Assembly (NCBI GenBank): GCA_050015075.1
Contig: JBEKCB010000025.1
Span: 1 to 64,000, forward strand
DNA from: Candidatus Brocadiia bacterium
Lineage (GTDB): Bacteria > Planctomycetota > Brocadiia > CAIUPP01
DNA: 64,000 nucleotides
Reading direction: 5' to 3'
Numbering within the stretch: the first letter of the stretch is position 1; each line of letters begins with the position of its first letter. The notes under the pieces were generated by a model. The model did no database searches and was not told where the DNA came from. It saw only the letters and a list, made by a program, of their open reading frames with translations. Position numbers and translations under genes: made by a program. Positions 56,287 to 64,000 of the stretch are shown in pieces.

Positions 56287-56976
56287 ATGCGTATGCCTAG
56301 TCTGCGCCGAGGTGTTCTGGCTGTCGCGTTCGTGGCGGCGCTTCTCGGCCTCTTGGCGAGCAACGCCGTTGCCGTTGTCATCGCGGACCAGCCGTGGGAT
56401 GGGACGTCGCAGGCTGTCGTCGCACAAGTTTTTCCCGACAACCCAACCTTTTCAACGTACCAGTTCGACAATTTCGCGACCGGCGTTCCGTACGACATAA
56501 CAACCCTGACGATCTACGGCGATGAGCTGGGCGACCCTACGGGCAACGTGGCCGTGACCGGGGAAATCTGGACGAACCTTCCGGACAAGGGCGGCACGCT
56601 CGTGATGAGCGGCACCGGAACCGAGGATGCGAGCCATAATCTCGACATCAGCTTCGCCGACCAACTCCTTGGCCCGGGCAGCTACTTCGTCACCGCCTAC
56701 GTGACCCGACCCATCTCGAGCGGACAGTGGTTCTGGTATCAGACAACTCCGGTTAATGCTCCGGAGGAATACTTCTATAACCCCGGCGGCGGGTTTGGCG
56801 CGGGTACCAGTTCGATTCCGGCTTCTGAATTCTTTGGTGGATCGCCGGCCGATATGGCCTTTACCCTCGACGGCGACACCGCCGGCGCGTTCGTCCCCGA
56901 GCCGGCGACGATGACGTTGCTCGGCCTCGGCCTGACAGGACTCGTCGCAAAAGTCGCAAGGCGGAGGAATCGGTAG
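56287..56976 (+). CDS. PEP-CTERM protein
   Basis: Signal peptide; VPEPATMTLLGLGLTGLVAKVARRR. Confidence 0.92.
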   Translation: MRMPSLRRGVLAVAFVAALLGLLASNAVAVVIADQPWDGTSQAVVAQVFPDNPTFSTYQFDNFATGVPYDITTLTIYGDELGDPTGNVAVTGEIWTNLPDKGGTLVMSGTGTEDASHNLDISFADQLLGPGSYFVTAYVTRPISSGQWFWYQTTPVNAPEEYFYNPGGGFGAGTSSIPASEFFGGSPADMAFTLDGDTAGAFVPEPATMTLLGLGLTGLVAKVARRRNR

Positions 56977-57014
56977 TCCGGCGATCCGTGCAGTCTTCTC
57001 GCCGCTCTGTTTCT

Positions 57015-57050
57015 AAAGAAGCGCTCCTTTCGGGGAGCGCTTCTTTTTTT
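57015..57050 (+). terminator. Intrinsic terminator
   Basis: AAGAAGCGCTCC-loop-GGAGCGCTTC followed by T7. Confidence 0.8.
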
Positions 57051-57290
57051 GGCGCGCGCCGGCGCATCGTTTTCCAGAACACCGAGAACGCAGTTGACTG
57101 CCGGCACTTTAAGCGTAGAATCTCACTTTCGAATGCGGACTGTCCTCCGGCGGACGGGCAAGGCAAACCCCGGCTGATGTCCGACCGTTCGGGCAGTGCG
57201 GCGATATGGAAAACTCCGGGTAAAATCATGGCAACTCCCGGTGGCGGTTGTCGCCGCGGAATCTTGAGGAGAAGCGCAATAAAGGCGATA

Positions 57291-58169
57291 GTGCCCGTCA
57301 AATCGGCTTGTGCGGTCCTGGCGATGGTGTGGATGTGCTCCGCCGCAGCCCCGGCCGCCGACACGGCGCCGGCGGTCGGCGCACAACCTGCCGTCACCCC
57401 GCAGCCGGAGTTGCGGCCGGGACGGACCTTCGCCATCCAGTTCCCCGAACTGCCGCCGACCTTTGAGGAACTGGTGGATGCCAAGGGCATCCAGCCGCAG
57501 ATGACGGTCTTTCTGCCCAGGAACTACGACCCCGCCCGCAAGCACCCGCTGCTGATTTTCCTCAACGGCGGCGCCGGCGGGCGCGGGGGTAATCCCGGTG
57601 TAGCCCGCGGGCTGACCGGGGAGATGGACTTCATCTGTTTGAGCCTGCCGCTGTTCCATAAGCTCGCCCCGGGTTCCGCCGGCTACGATTTCCTCATTCG
57701 CGATACCGACGGCAAGTACATGTGGCCGCTCCACAAGCGGATGCTGGCGGAACTGGAACGGATCGTGCCCAACATTGATCCGGGCCGCCGGATCATCGGC
57801 GGCTTCTCCAACGGCGCCCACGCTACGCAGGCGATGATCGAGCAATCGGACGGCGAGGCGGCCCGCATGTTCTCGGCATTTCTTTTCGTCAACGGCGGCG
57901 GGCGGATGGGGCGGTATGACCTGATCAAGAACAAGCCGCTGCTGATTGCCTATGGCGGCGCCGCCCTCCGCCCGCAGCGGCTGGCGGAGATCGTCGCAGC
58001 GGCCCAGGCCGGCGGCGTGGAGCTGACCACGTACGAGATGAAGGATATCGGCCACGCCTTTCCCGAGTCGGAGTACCCGGCCGTGCGCAAGTGGCTCTTC
58101 GGGCCGGCGATCGGCCTGCCGACGCCGGCGACTTCTTCCCGGCCGCCGCCAGGGCCGGCCGGTCCGTAG
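57291..58169 (+). CDS. Secreted alpha/beta hydrolase
   Basis: FLP.NYDP..KHPLLIFL.GG, GGFSNGA nucleophile elbow, GHAF. Confidence 0.8.
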   Translation: MPVKSACAVLAMVWMCSAAAPAADTAPAVGAQPAVTPQPELRPGRTFAIQFPELPPTFEELVDAKGIQPQMTVFLPRNYDPARKHPLLIFLNGGAGGRGGNPGVARGLTGEMDFICLSLPLFHKLAPGSAGYDFLIRDTDGKYMWPLHKRMLAELERIVPNIDPGRRIIGGFSNGAHATQAMIEQSDGEAARMFSAFLFVNGGGRMGRYDLIKNKPLLIAYGGAALRPQRLAEIVAAAQAGGVELTTYEMKDIGHAFPESEYPAVRKWLFGPAIGLPTPATSSRPPPGPAGP

Positions 58170-58249
58170 GGCGACGGCGCGGGGCCGCGGCTTCTGCGCG
58201 CCGGCGACGGAGACAATCCGGTCTCAGAATTCCCCGGGATGGATTTTCC

Positions 58250-59755
58250 ATGGCTCAACGAACCCTTTGCTGCGCGGCCGCCCTCCTTCTCACAGTCGTT
58301 CTCAAAGTTGCAGGCGCCGATCTGTCGCCGGCGGCCGGGGAAGTGTCGGTCAGGGTCGCCGAGCCCGCCATGAATGAGGTCTTCGCTGAAGGCGCGACGA
58401 TGACGCTCATCGCCGAAGCAAGCGCCCCGCCGGGGCGGATCGCTAAAGTGGAATTCTACAACAACGATCAGCTCATCGGCGTCAGTGCGACGGCGCCCTA
58501 CCAGCTCTCATACGGCCGCGGCGGTCTGTTGCCAGGCAACTACAGCATCCACGCCAAGGCGTACGACGACCGGGGCCGATCGGCCGTTTCTCCGGCGGTC
58601 ACGGTCACGGCCAGGCGCCGCGCTCAGTGGACGGCCAGGAGCTACGACTATGAGGAAACGAACGAAGGGGCGCTCAAGCAGGCGCGCCTCACCATTCCCG
58701 ACGGGCTTGGCGTAGTGCGCGGAGTCCTGGTCTTTTCCAACGCAGCCGGCGGCGACACGCGAGAGGCCTGGAAGCAAAGCTGGTGCCGGGAGTTCCTTTA
58801 TATGCACGACTTCGCCTTTCTCGGCACCAAGGCGTTCAACTCGCATTCTGAAACCTTGATCGTCTTCCACAACGCCCTCCGGCAGTTTGCCGGGGACAGC
58901 GGCCACCGGGAGATCGAGTCGGCGCCCTTCGCCATCTTCGGCTTCTCCGCCGGCGCCGGGTTTGCCATGACGCTCCTGGACGACAGGCCCGATCGCGTGA
59001 TCGCCTGCGCGGCGGTATCGGCAAGGAACGTCAGGATGGACTCCAACGATGCCGTGGCTGCCACGCCTCTTTGCCTGATCTCCGGAGAGATGGAGACAAC
59101 CCTGAACGCATGGATCGTGCCCCTGATGGAAGCGAGCCGGCCGAAAGGCGCGCTCTTCTCATGGATGAGCGTCCAGGGCTTTGCCCACCGGTTCGCGGGG
59201 CAACAGGTGCTTGCGATTCCCTTGCTCGATCAAGCCATTCGCCTGCGGTATCCCGTCGGCCAGGACCCGCTCAAGGGCCCGGTCCAGCTCTTGCCGGTTG
59301 ATCCCAGGAACGGCTGGATAGCGGATCACACGACCTGGAAAAGCGGGCTGACAACGATCACTCCTTATGCGGACTTCAAAGGCCCTCTGGGCACGTCCAG
59401 TTGGCTTTTGAATAAGGACATTGCCTTCATCTACCGGGCCTTCGCCACCTATGACAACCCGTTGAAGATCACATCCCTGCCGCCAACCACCGGCGAGCCG
59501 CCGGTCCTTGATCCCGGCGCGCGCCTGACTCTGCTCGTTGACGACAGCGCCTTCCCCCACTGGCGGAGCATGGAGTTCTTCGCGGGCGCGCAGAAGCTGG
59601 GCGAAGCGCATGCGCCCCCGGCCCGGTTCACCGTGTCCGACCTCAAGACAGGGGTCTATGCGTTCACCGTCCTGGCGACGGACGCCAAGGGGATCGCAAG
59701 GACGTCGAATCCGGCGCTGGTTCTCGTGCGAAAACTGCCGAAAGAAGCGCCGTGA
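58250..59755 (+). CDS. Secreted alpha/beta hydrolase flanked by Ig-like domains
   Basis: IAKVEFY....IG..TAPY...G.Y..AKAYD (Ig-like); GFSAG; second Ig-like domain at the C-terminus. Confidence 0.75.
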   Translation: MAQRTLCCAAALLLTVVLKVAGADLSPAAGEVSVRVAEPAMNEVFAEGATMTLIAEASAPPGRIAKVEFYNNDQLIGVSATAPYQLSYGRGGLLPGNYSIHAKAYDDRGRSAVSPAVTVTARRRAQWTARSYDYEETNEGALKQARLTIPDGLGVVRGVLVFSNAAGGDTREAWKQSWCREFLYMHDFAFLGTKAFNSHSETLIVFHNALRQFAGDSGHREIESAPFAIFGFSAGAGFAMTLLDDRPDRVIACAAVSARNVRMDSNDAVAATPLCLISGEMETTLNAWIVPLMEASRPKGALFSWMSVQGFAHRFAGQQVLAIPLLDQAIRLRYPVGQDPLKGPVQLLPVDPRNGWIADHTTWKSGLTTITPYADFKGPLGTSSWLLNKDIAFIYRAFATYDNPLKITSLPPTTGEPPVLDPGARLTLLVDDSAFPHWRSMEFFAGAQKLGEAHAPPARFTVSDLKTGVYAFTVLATDAKGIARTSNPALVLVRKLPKEAP

Positions 59756-60303
59756 GAGACAGGCGGGCCGGTCCGCGAGTTCCGGCAAAGCACAACCTGT
59801 CCTCGCGACGGTCGCCTCGCCTTCGCCAGGTCCGTTTTCACATCCGCAAGTGCCGGTCGTTGCGACAAGCAGACGATCCCCAACCCGAAGTCTGCGACGA
59901 CCGTATACGGATAAACATCGAACGCTCAACATCGAACTTCCAACGCCCAAGTATTTCCGCGCTCGGAGCCGAGGGACTTGGACGTTGGGCGTTTGGCGTT
60001 GGATGTTGGGCGTTCATCCGTTCACGGCTGGCCAAATAAGTCCTAGGACAAACCGATCCGGCGCCTCTTTCCAATCAGCCGCGCGAGGGCCGCGCGTGGG
60101 CGTACCTACTATAGAACAACGGCTTACGCGCTTTTTCACCGACAACTCCCCGGAATACCACGCGCGAATTTCGCTTGACAAGCGGGATTCTCGCGGGCAG
60201 AATCCGATGTTTGATGACTGACCATCGTGTGGGCGGCGGCCATCTGGCAAATCCCGAACCACCTATTATTCGCCCCTGCTGCAGGGACAGGAGGGCAACT
60301 CAG

Positions 60304-61653
60304 ATGCTCAAGATCGAATTCTGTGCTGCGGCGGTTTTCGCGGCGCTGGTCGCAACGGCCGCTCGCGGCGGCGAAGAGAAGAGCGTTCTCCCGCGCTCGG
60401 ACAACGCGGCCATCCTGTATCTGGAGGGCGCTGCGACACGAGCAGTCCCGCAATCGGCGGGGGAACTGGAAGCGCTCAAGTTCATGGACGAGGAGTTCGG
60501 CAAGCTGCCGCCCGCCGCGCTGAGCGACAGACCCGACGCCGTGGCCCTGCTCTCGCGCGACCTGGATTCCGACGGCGCCATGAGCCTGCTTCACGACGGC
60601 GCCCAACGGGGACCCTGCGCCTTCGACCTGAACTGGGATGCCGGCCCCGATATGGAAATGCCGCATCTCGGGCTTTTGAGGCTGTTCGCGTTCCGCTGCG
60701 TCGCGGCGGCCAAGTGCGCGGAGTTCCGAGGCGATCCCGTTCGCGCCGCCGAAATCTGCGGGGACCTCGCTCGGATGGGCGCGCACGTCGGCCGGGAGCC
60801 GGTCCTCATGTCCGGCCTCGTCGCGGCGCTAATTCAGAATGTGGCCGCGTCCGAGGCGGAGGGCTTGCTCTCGCGCAGTCCGGGCCGCGAGTCCGTGGAG
60901 AAACTGCTCCGGGCGCTCCAGAGCCTGCCCGAGCCGCTCAGGATGGATTCCTACTGCCGCGTCGACGCCGAATTCTGGGGAGAATGGGTCATTCGCAAGG
61001 CCCAAGCGCCTGAGAAGGAACTAATGGACTTCATCCGGGATTACCTGCACGGCGAGGGTCCCCCTTCGAAAATGGCGACTCATGAGCTGGAAGGCCTGAA
61101 GGAGCCGGAAATCAGGGCTCGTATCCTTGAATGGGCACGCGGCTACCAGCAGCACATGCGACGGTTGGCCAGAAATGTCGCCGGCCCCTACCATGAGGCA
61201 GCGCCGGCCATCACGGATGAAGAGCGCGGACTGAATAACACGATTCTTGAAATGACGTCCCGTGAGCTCCAGGGGGATCGGGACTTAGGGAACCCACTCC
61301 TGCAGATCTTCGTGCCGGCGTTGACAGTCAGCGCCCTGCCCTCTCTCGCCAATGCCGAGGCCCGGATCGGGATGATGCGCGTGTTGTGCGCCGCGATGCT
61401 GCTGAAAGAGGAGACCGGCAGCTATCCGGCGAACCTCGAGGAGCTTCGCCGCTACTTCCCCGATGGCTTTCCCAAAGACCCGTTCACGGGCAAAGACTAC
61501 ACGCTATCCATGAGCGGCGGCCTTCCCGCCGTAAGCTGCGGCGCGCCGGAGGAGGTCAGGAAGAAATCGCCGAATGACTTCTCGTTTGACCTCGCGCGAC
61601 AGCGCAGACTGGACGCCGAAGCCTTGAAGAATTTCCGGGGCCACGCGAGGTAA
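60304..61653 (+). CDS. Secreted helical protein with a pseudopilin-like C-terminal motif
   Basis: Signal peptide; DNAA..Y..A, LMSGLVA..I, GSYP.NL.EL......PKDPFTG; similar to the BlaR1 central domain. Confidence 0.75.
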   Translation: MLKIEFCAAAVFAALVATAARGGEEKSVLPRSDNAAILYLEGAATRAVPQSAGELEALKFMDEEFGKLPPAALSDRPDAVALLSRDLDSDGAMSLLHDGAQRGPCAFDLNWDAGPDMEMPHLGLLRLFAFRCVAAAKCAEFRGDPVRAAEICGDLARMGAHVGREPVLMSGLVAALIQNVAASEAEGLLSRSPGRESVEKLLRALQSLPEPLRMDSYCRVDAEFWGEWVIRKAQAPEKELMDFIRDYLHGEGPPSKMATHELEGLKEPEIRARILEWARGYQQHMRRLARNVAGPYHEAAPAITDEERGLNNTILEMTSRELQGDRDLGNPLLQIFVPALTVSALPSLANAEARIGMMRVLCAAMLLKEETGSYPANLEELRRYFPDGFPKDPFTGKDYTLSMSGGLPAVSCGAPEEVRKKSPNDFSFDLARQRRLDAEALKNFRGHAR

Positions 61654-62022
61654 GACTCAGAGCCAACCAAGCCCGCCCGCGAAGACGCGAAAGATCTCCG
61701 GGGGATTCGCTGGGGAAATAATACCAATTATTTCCTGCCCAGCGGGGCATATGATCTGGTCGTTTGGCTGGCCATACCATACCTACAGCAAACCGCTCCG
61801 GCTCCTGGTGCCCTTCAGCCGTGTCAAAATGGCACACGGACGCATCGGTTTCCATAGCAAGGGCACGCTGCAATTCACCTGACAAATGACTCCGACGGAT
61901 TGAACCGCCAGGACGCCAAGAGGGCTAGGGCCCTGGTTGACGCTTCTATGCGTCGAGCGTAGAATGCCAGCTCTACGAGGAAGCGCTCGTGGAGAGACGG
62001 TCAATGCAGGAGCCCGACGGAA

Positions 62023-62661
62023 ATGATCAGAGTCGGTGGCGCACGAATCGGTTGGGTTAACGCTACCTGGCCGTTTGCAATACTGACTGTACAACGGGAT
62101 CGGCTTGTGTTGAACGCCACGCTGATCGGCAAGTACTCTTTTTGTCCCGACCAGGTTGTGGGGATTGAAAGGTACTCAATCATACCCTTTCTTGGCTGGG
62201 GCATCAGGATTCAACACAACGTCTCGACCTACCCCAAGAGGATAGTCTACTGGTGTTTCGGCAGTCCCGCTTCGCTTCTCCGAAGAATCCGAGAAAGCGG
62301 ATTTGTCCCCACGGCATGCCCGGATTCGGTTCCGGCTGGACGGGGGCTACCCGTCAGATGGCAGGCAATCGTGGCAATGGTCCTTTTGTGGAACGGCTTG
62401 TGCTTCTTAGACATGTACACCGTTCTAGGCCGGCTCGCCTGGCAAGCGACGTGGAAGCCAGGGATTTTTGCTCTCCTCGCGCTGCTCTTTGTGTTCGCGG
62501 GTTCGCTCGCAATATGGCGGTCTCGCGTCCTGCAACACTTGATCCTAAGACCGGGGCACAGTTGCAGCGAGATTAAGGCATGGCTCTACCTGCTTGCCGA
62601 GGTTTCGTGCGGCCTGGTTATATTCTTCACCTACTTTTCGTTTGTTGGTCGCAATCAGTAA
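62023..62661 (+). CDS. Hypothetical membrane protein
   Basis: GGARIGW.NATWPFA.L N-terminus plus three TM segments; lower GC. Confidence 0.65.
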   Translation: MIRVGGARIGWVNATWPFAILTVQRDRLVLNATLIGKYSFCPDQVVGIERYSIIPFLGWGIRIQHNVSTYPKRIVYWCFGSPASLLRRIRESGFVPTACPDSVPAGRGLPVRWQAIVAMVLLWNGLCFLDMYTVLGRLAWQATWKPGIFALLALLFVFAGSLAIWRSRVLQHLILRPGHSCSEIKAWLYLLAEVSCGLVIFFTYFSFVGRNQ

Positions 62662-62964
62662 CGCCCCTCGTGAGTTCCGCGGACGCACGACTTATCCGTA
62701 CGTCCGTCTTGCAGCCGCTACAACAACTGGGTTCGACCGGAGAGAGACGTTGGCCAAATAGGTCCTACGCCGAACCACTCAGGATTCTCGTCCCAATCAG
62801 GCGCGCGAGGGGCGCGCACGGGCGTATCGTCTTACAGGACGGGGGTTTACGCGCCTGCTGATAGACAACACTCAGGAGAGCCGCGTGCAACTTCCGCTTG
62901 ACAGGCGGGCTTCTGATGGTCAAAATCCTAGAGCGGACCGCAAGCACAATTGAACAAAGGGGAG

Positions 62965-64000
62965 ATGAGAAGGAACATGATGAACCGGATTGCCGCTTGC
63001 GCGGCGGTCGTACTGAGCTTGCTGGCGACAACATCCTGCCGTCCTGCCAGGTACAAGGTTCAAGAGACTCGGCTCGGGCCTTGCGACAAGAGTGTGGACT
63101 TGGCCTATATTGCAGCCTTTTCCAGGGATAGCTCTCATCTGGCGTACTTTCTTAGACATGGCGCAAAGGTTCGTGTCGTCGCCGACGGCCGGCCGGACAC
63201 GGAGTACGATGAGATCGCTGAGGGAAGTCTGACATTCAGTCCCGATGGCGGACGGCTGGCTTATGCGGCCAGGACGGGCTCTAAGTGGTTCGCCGTCGTG
63301 GACGGTCAAACGAGTGTGGGATACGACAAGATTGGACCGAGGCATGGGATACACTTCTTCGCCGTTCAATTCAGCCCCGATGGCAAGCGCGTTGCGTATG
63401 TGGCGCAGAAGGGTGAGAAGTCGTTGATGGTGGTGGATGGCCAAGCAGGCCCGGAATATGACGATGTCGGTTACCAACAATTCAGCCCCGACAGTAATCA
63501 CGTGGCATATGCGGCCAGCAAGGGGCAAAAGTGGACCGTGGTGGAGGACGGCCAACCGGGCGCAGAGTACGACGGAATCGGTTTTGGCTACATGGTGACG
63601 TTCAGCAACGACGGCAAACACCTGGCGTACACTGCTCGAAAGGATAAGAAGGTTATTGCTGTAGTTGACGGTCGCCCTGCCGTGGAGTACGACGAAATCC
63701 TTTACGATGACCTGACCTTTAGCCCCGACAGCAAGCACATAACCTATGCAGCCAAGAAGGACGGGAAGTGGTTTGTGGTTGTGGATGGCCAGCCAGGCTT
63801 GGAATACGACAAAGTTTCTGTTCCTGTCTTCAGCACGGACGGCAAGCGGATGGCATATGTGGCCGACAAAGGCGGAAAGAGCCGGCTTGTTATGGACGGC
63901 AAGCCGGGCGCAGAGTACAACCATGTTGACCGGCCATTCTTCAGCCCTGATGGCGAACGCTTCGCTTACGCGGCCACAAGGGGAACAAAGAGCTTCGCCG
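62965..64000 (+). CDS. TolB/PD40-repeat beta-propeller lipoprotein (runs off the window end)
   Basis: Read directly (absent from the ORF track because no stop is in the window): MRRNMMNRIAAC...LATTSC, repeated FSPDG.R.AY.A.....W.VV.DG..G.EYD. Confidence 0.88.
   Translation, partial: MRRNMMNRIAACAAVVLSLLATTSCRPARYKVQETRLGPCDKSVDLAYIAAFSRDSSHLAYFLRHGAKVRVVADGRPDTEYDEIAEGSLTFSPDGGRLAYAARTGSKWFAVVDGQTSVGYDKIGPRHGIHFFAVQFSPDGKRVAYVAQKGEKSLMVVDGQAGPEYDDVGYQQFSPDSNHVAYAASKGQKWTVVEDGQPGAEYDGIGFGYMVTFSNDGKHLAYTARKDKKVIAVVDGRPAVEYDEILYDDLTFSPDSKHITYAAKKDGKWFVVVDGQPGLEYDKVSVPVFSTDGKRMAYVADKGGKSRLVMDGKPGAEYNHVDRPFFSPDGERFAYAATRGTKSFA

Noticed and set aside
57140-57240. c-di-GMP-I riboswitch (GGCAAACC seed)
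   Set aside because: The downstream GAAA loop and GACGCAAAGC elements are absent.
62920-63924. 334-aa minus-strand ORF
   Set aside because: It is the shadow of the plus-strand PD40-repeat gene that runs off the window.

Overview
This is a GC-rich bacterial window; the gene content (PEP-CTERM proteins, Zn-ribbon and YxxSY small membrane proteins, heptamer and palindrome repeats) suggests a PVC-type host, which is inference. Bases ~970-22240 (minus strand) hold a compact Mu-like virion module: terminase subunits, portal, protease, cement, major capsid, head-tail connectors, tail tube, Dit-fibre fusion and tail-tip protein. I see no transposase, repressor, replication, endolysin or tape-measure gene. 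Two copies of a 149-bp phased-repeat promoter drive the module. The operon ends in three glycosyltransferase-like genes and a radical SAM/SPASM enzyme, and candidate substrates sit inside the structural proteins. Capsid, cement and tail tube all end in ...TTAA Ser/Thr/Pro tails, and the tail-tip protein carries a mucin-like stalk next to a SCIFF-like six-Cys motif. The first glycosyltransferase shows polypeptide-GalNAc-transferase (GT27)-like motifs and the radical SAM enzyme resembles ranthipeptide maturases, so the best candidate new system is a phage-derived particle with O-glycosylation plus thioether cross-linking of its virion proteins. Bases 22.3-64 kb are host and accessory genes: oxidoreductases, GH16, URO-D, a RelBE-type pair, PilT, EAL/HDOD, BlaI/BlaR1, AlgI/AlgJ, PEP-CTERM proteins, three paralogous secreted proteins and a Trp-rich 38-aa repeat lipoprotein. 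This part also has several small repeat/MITE families and a promoter motif found seven times. All family assignments come from motif recognition by eye; no searches were run.
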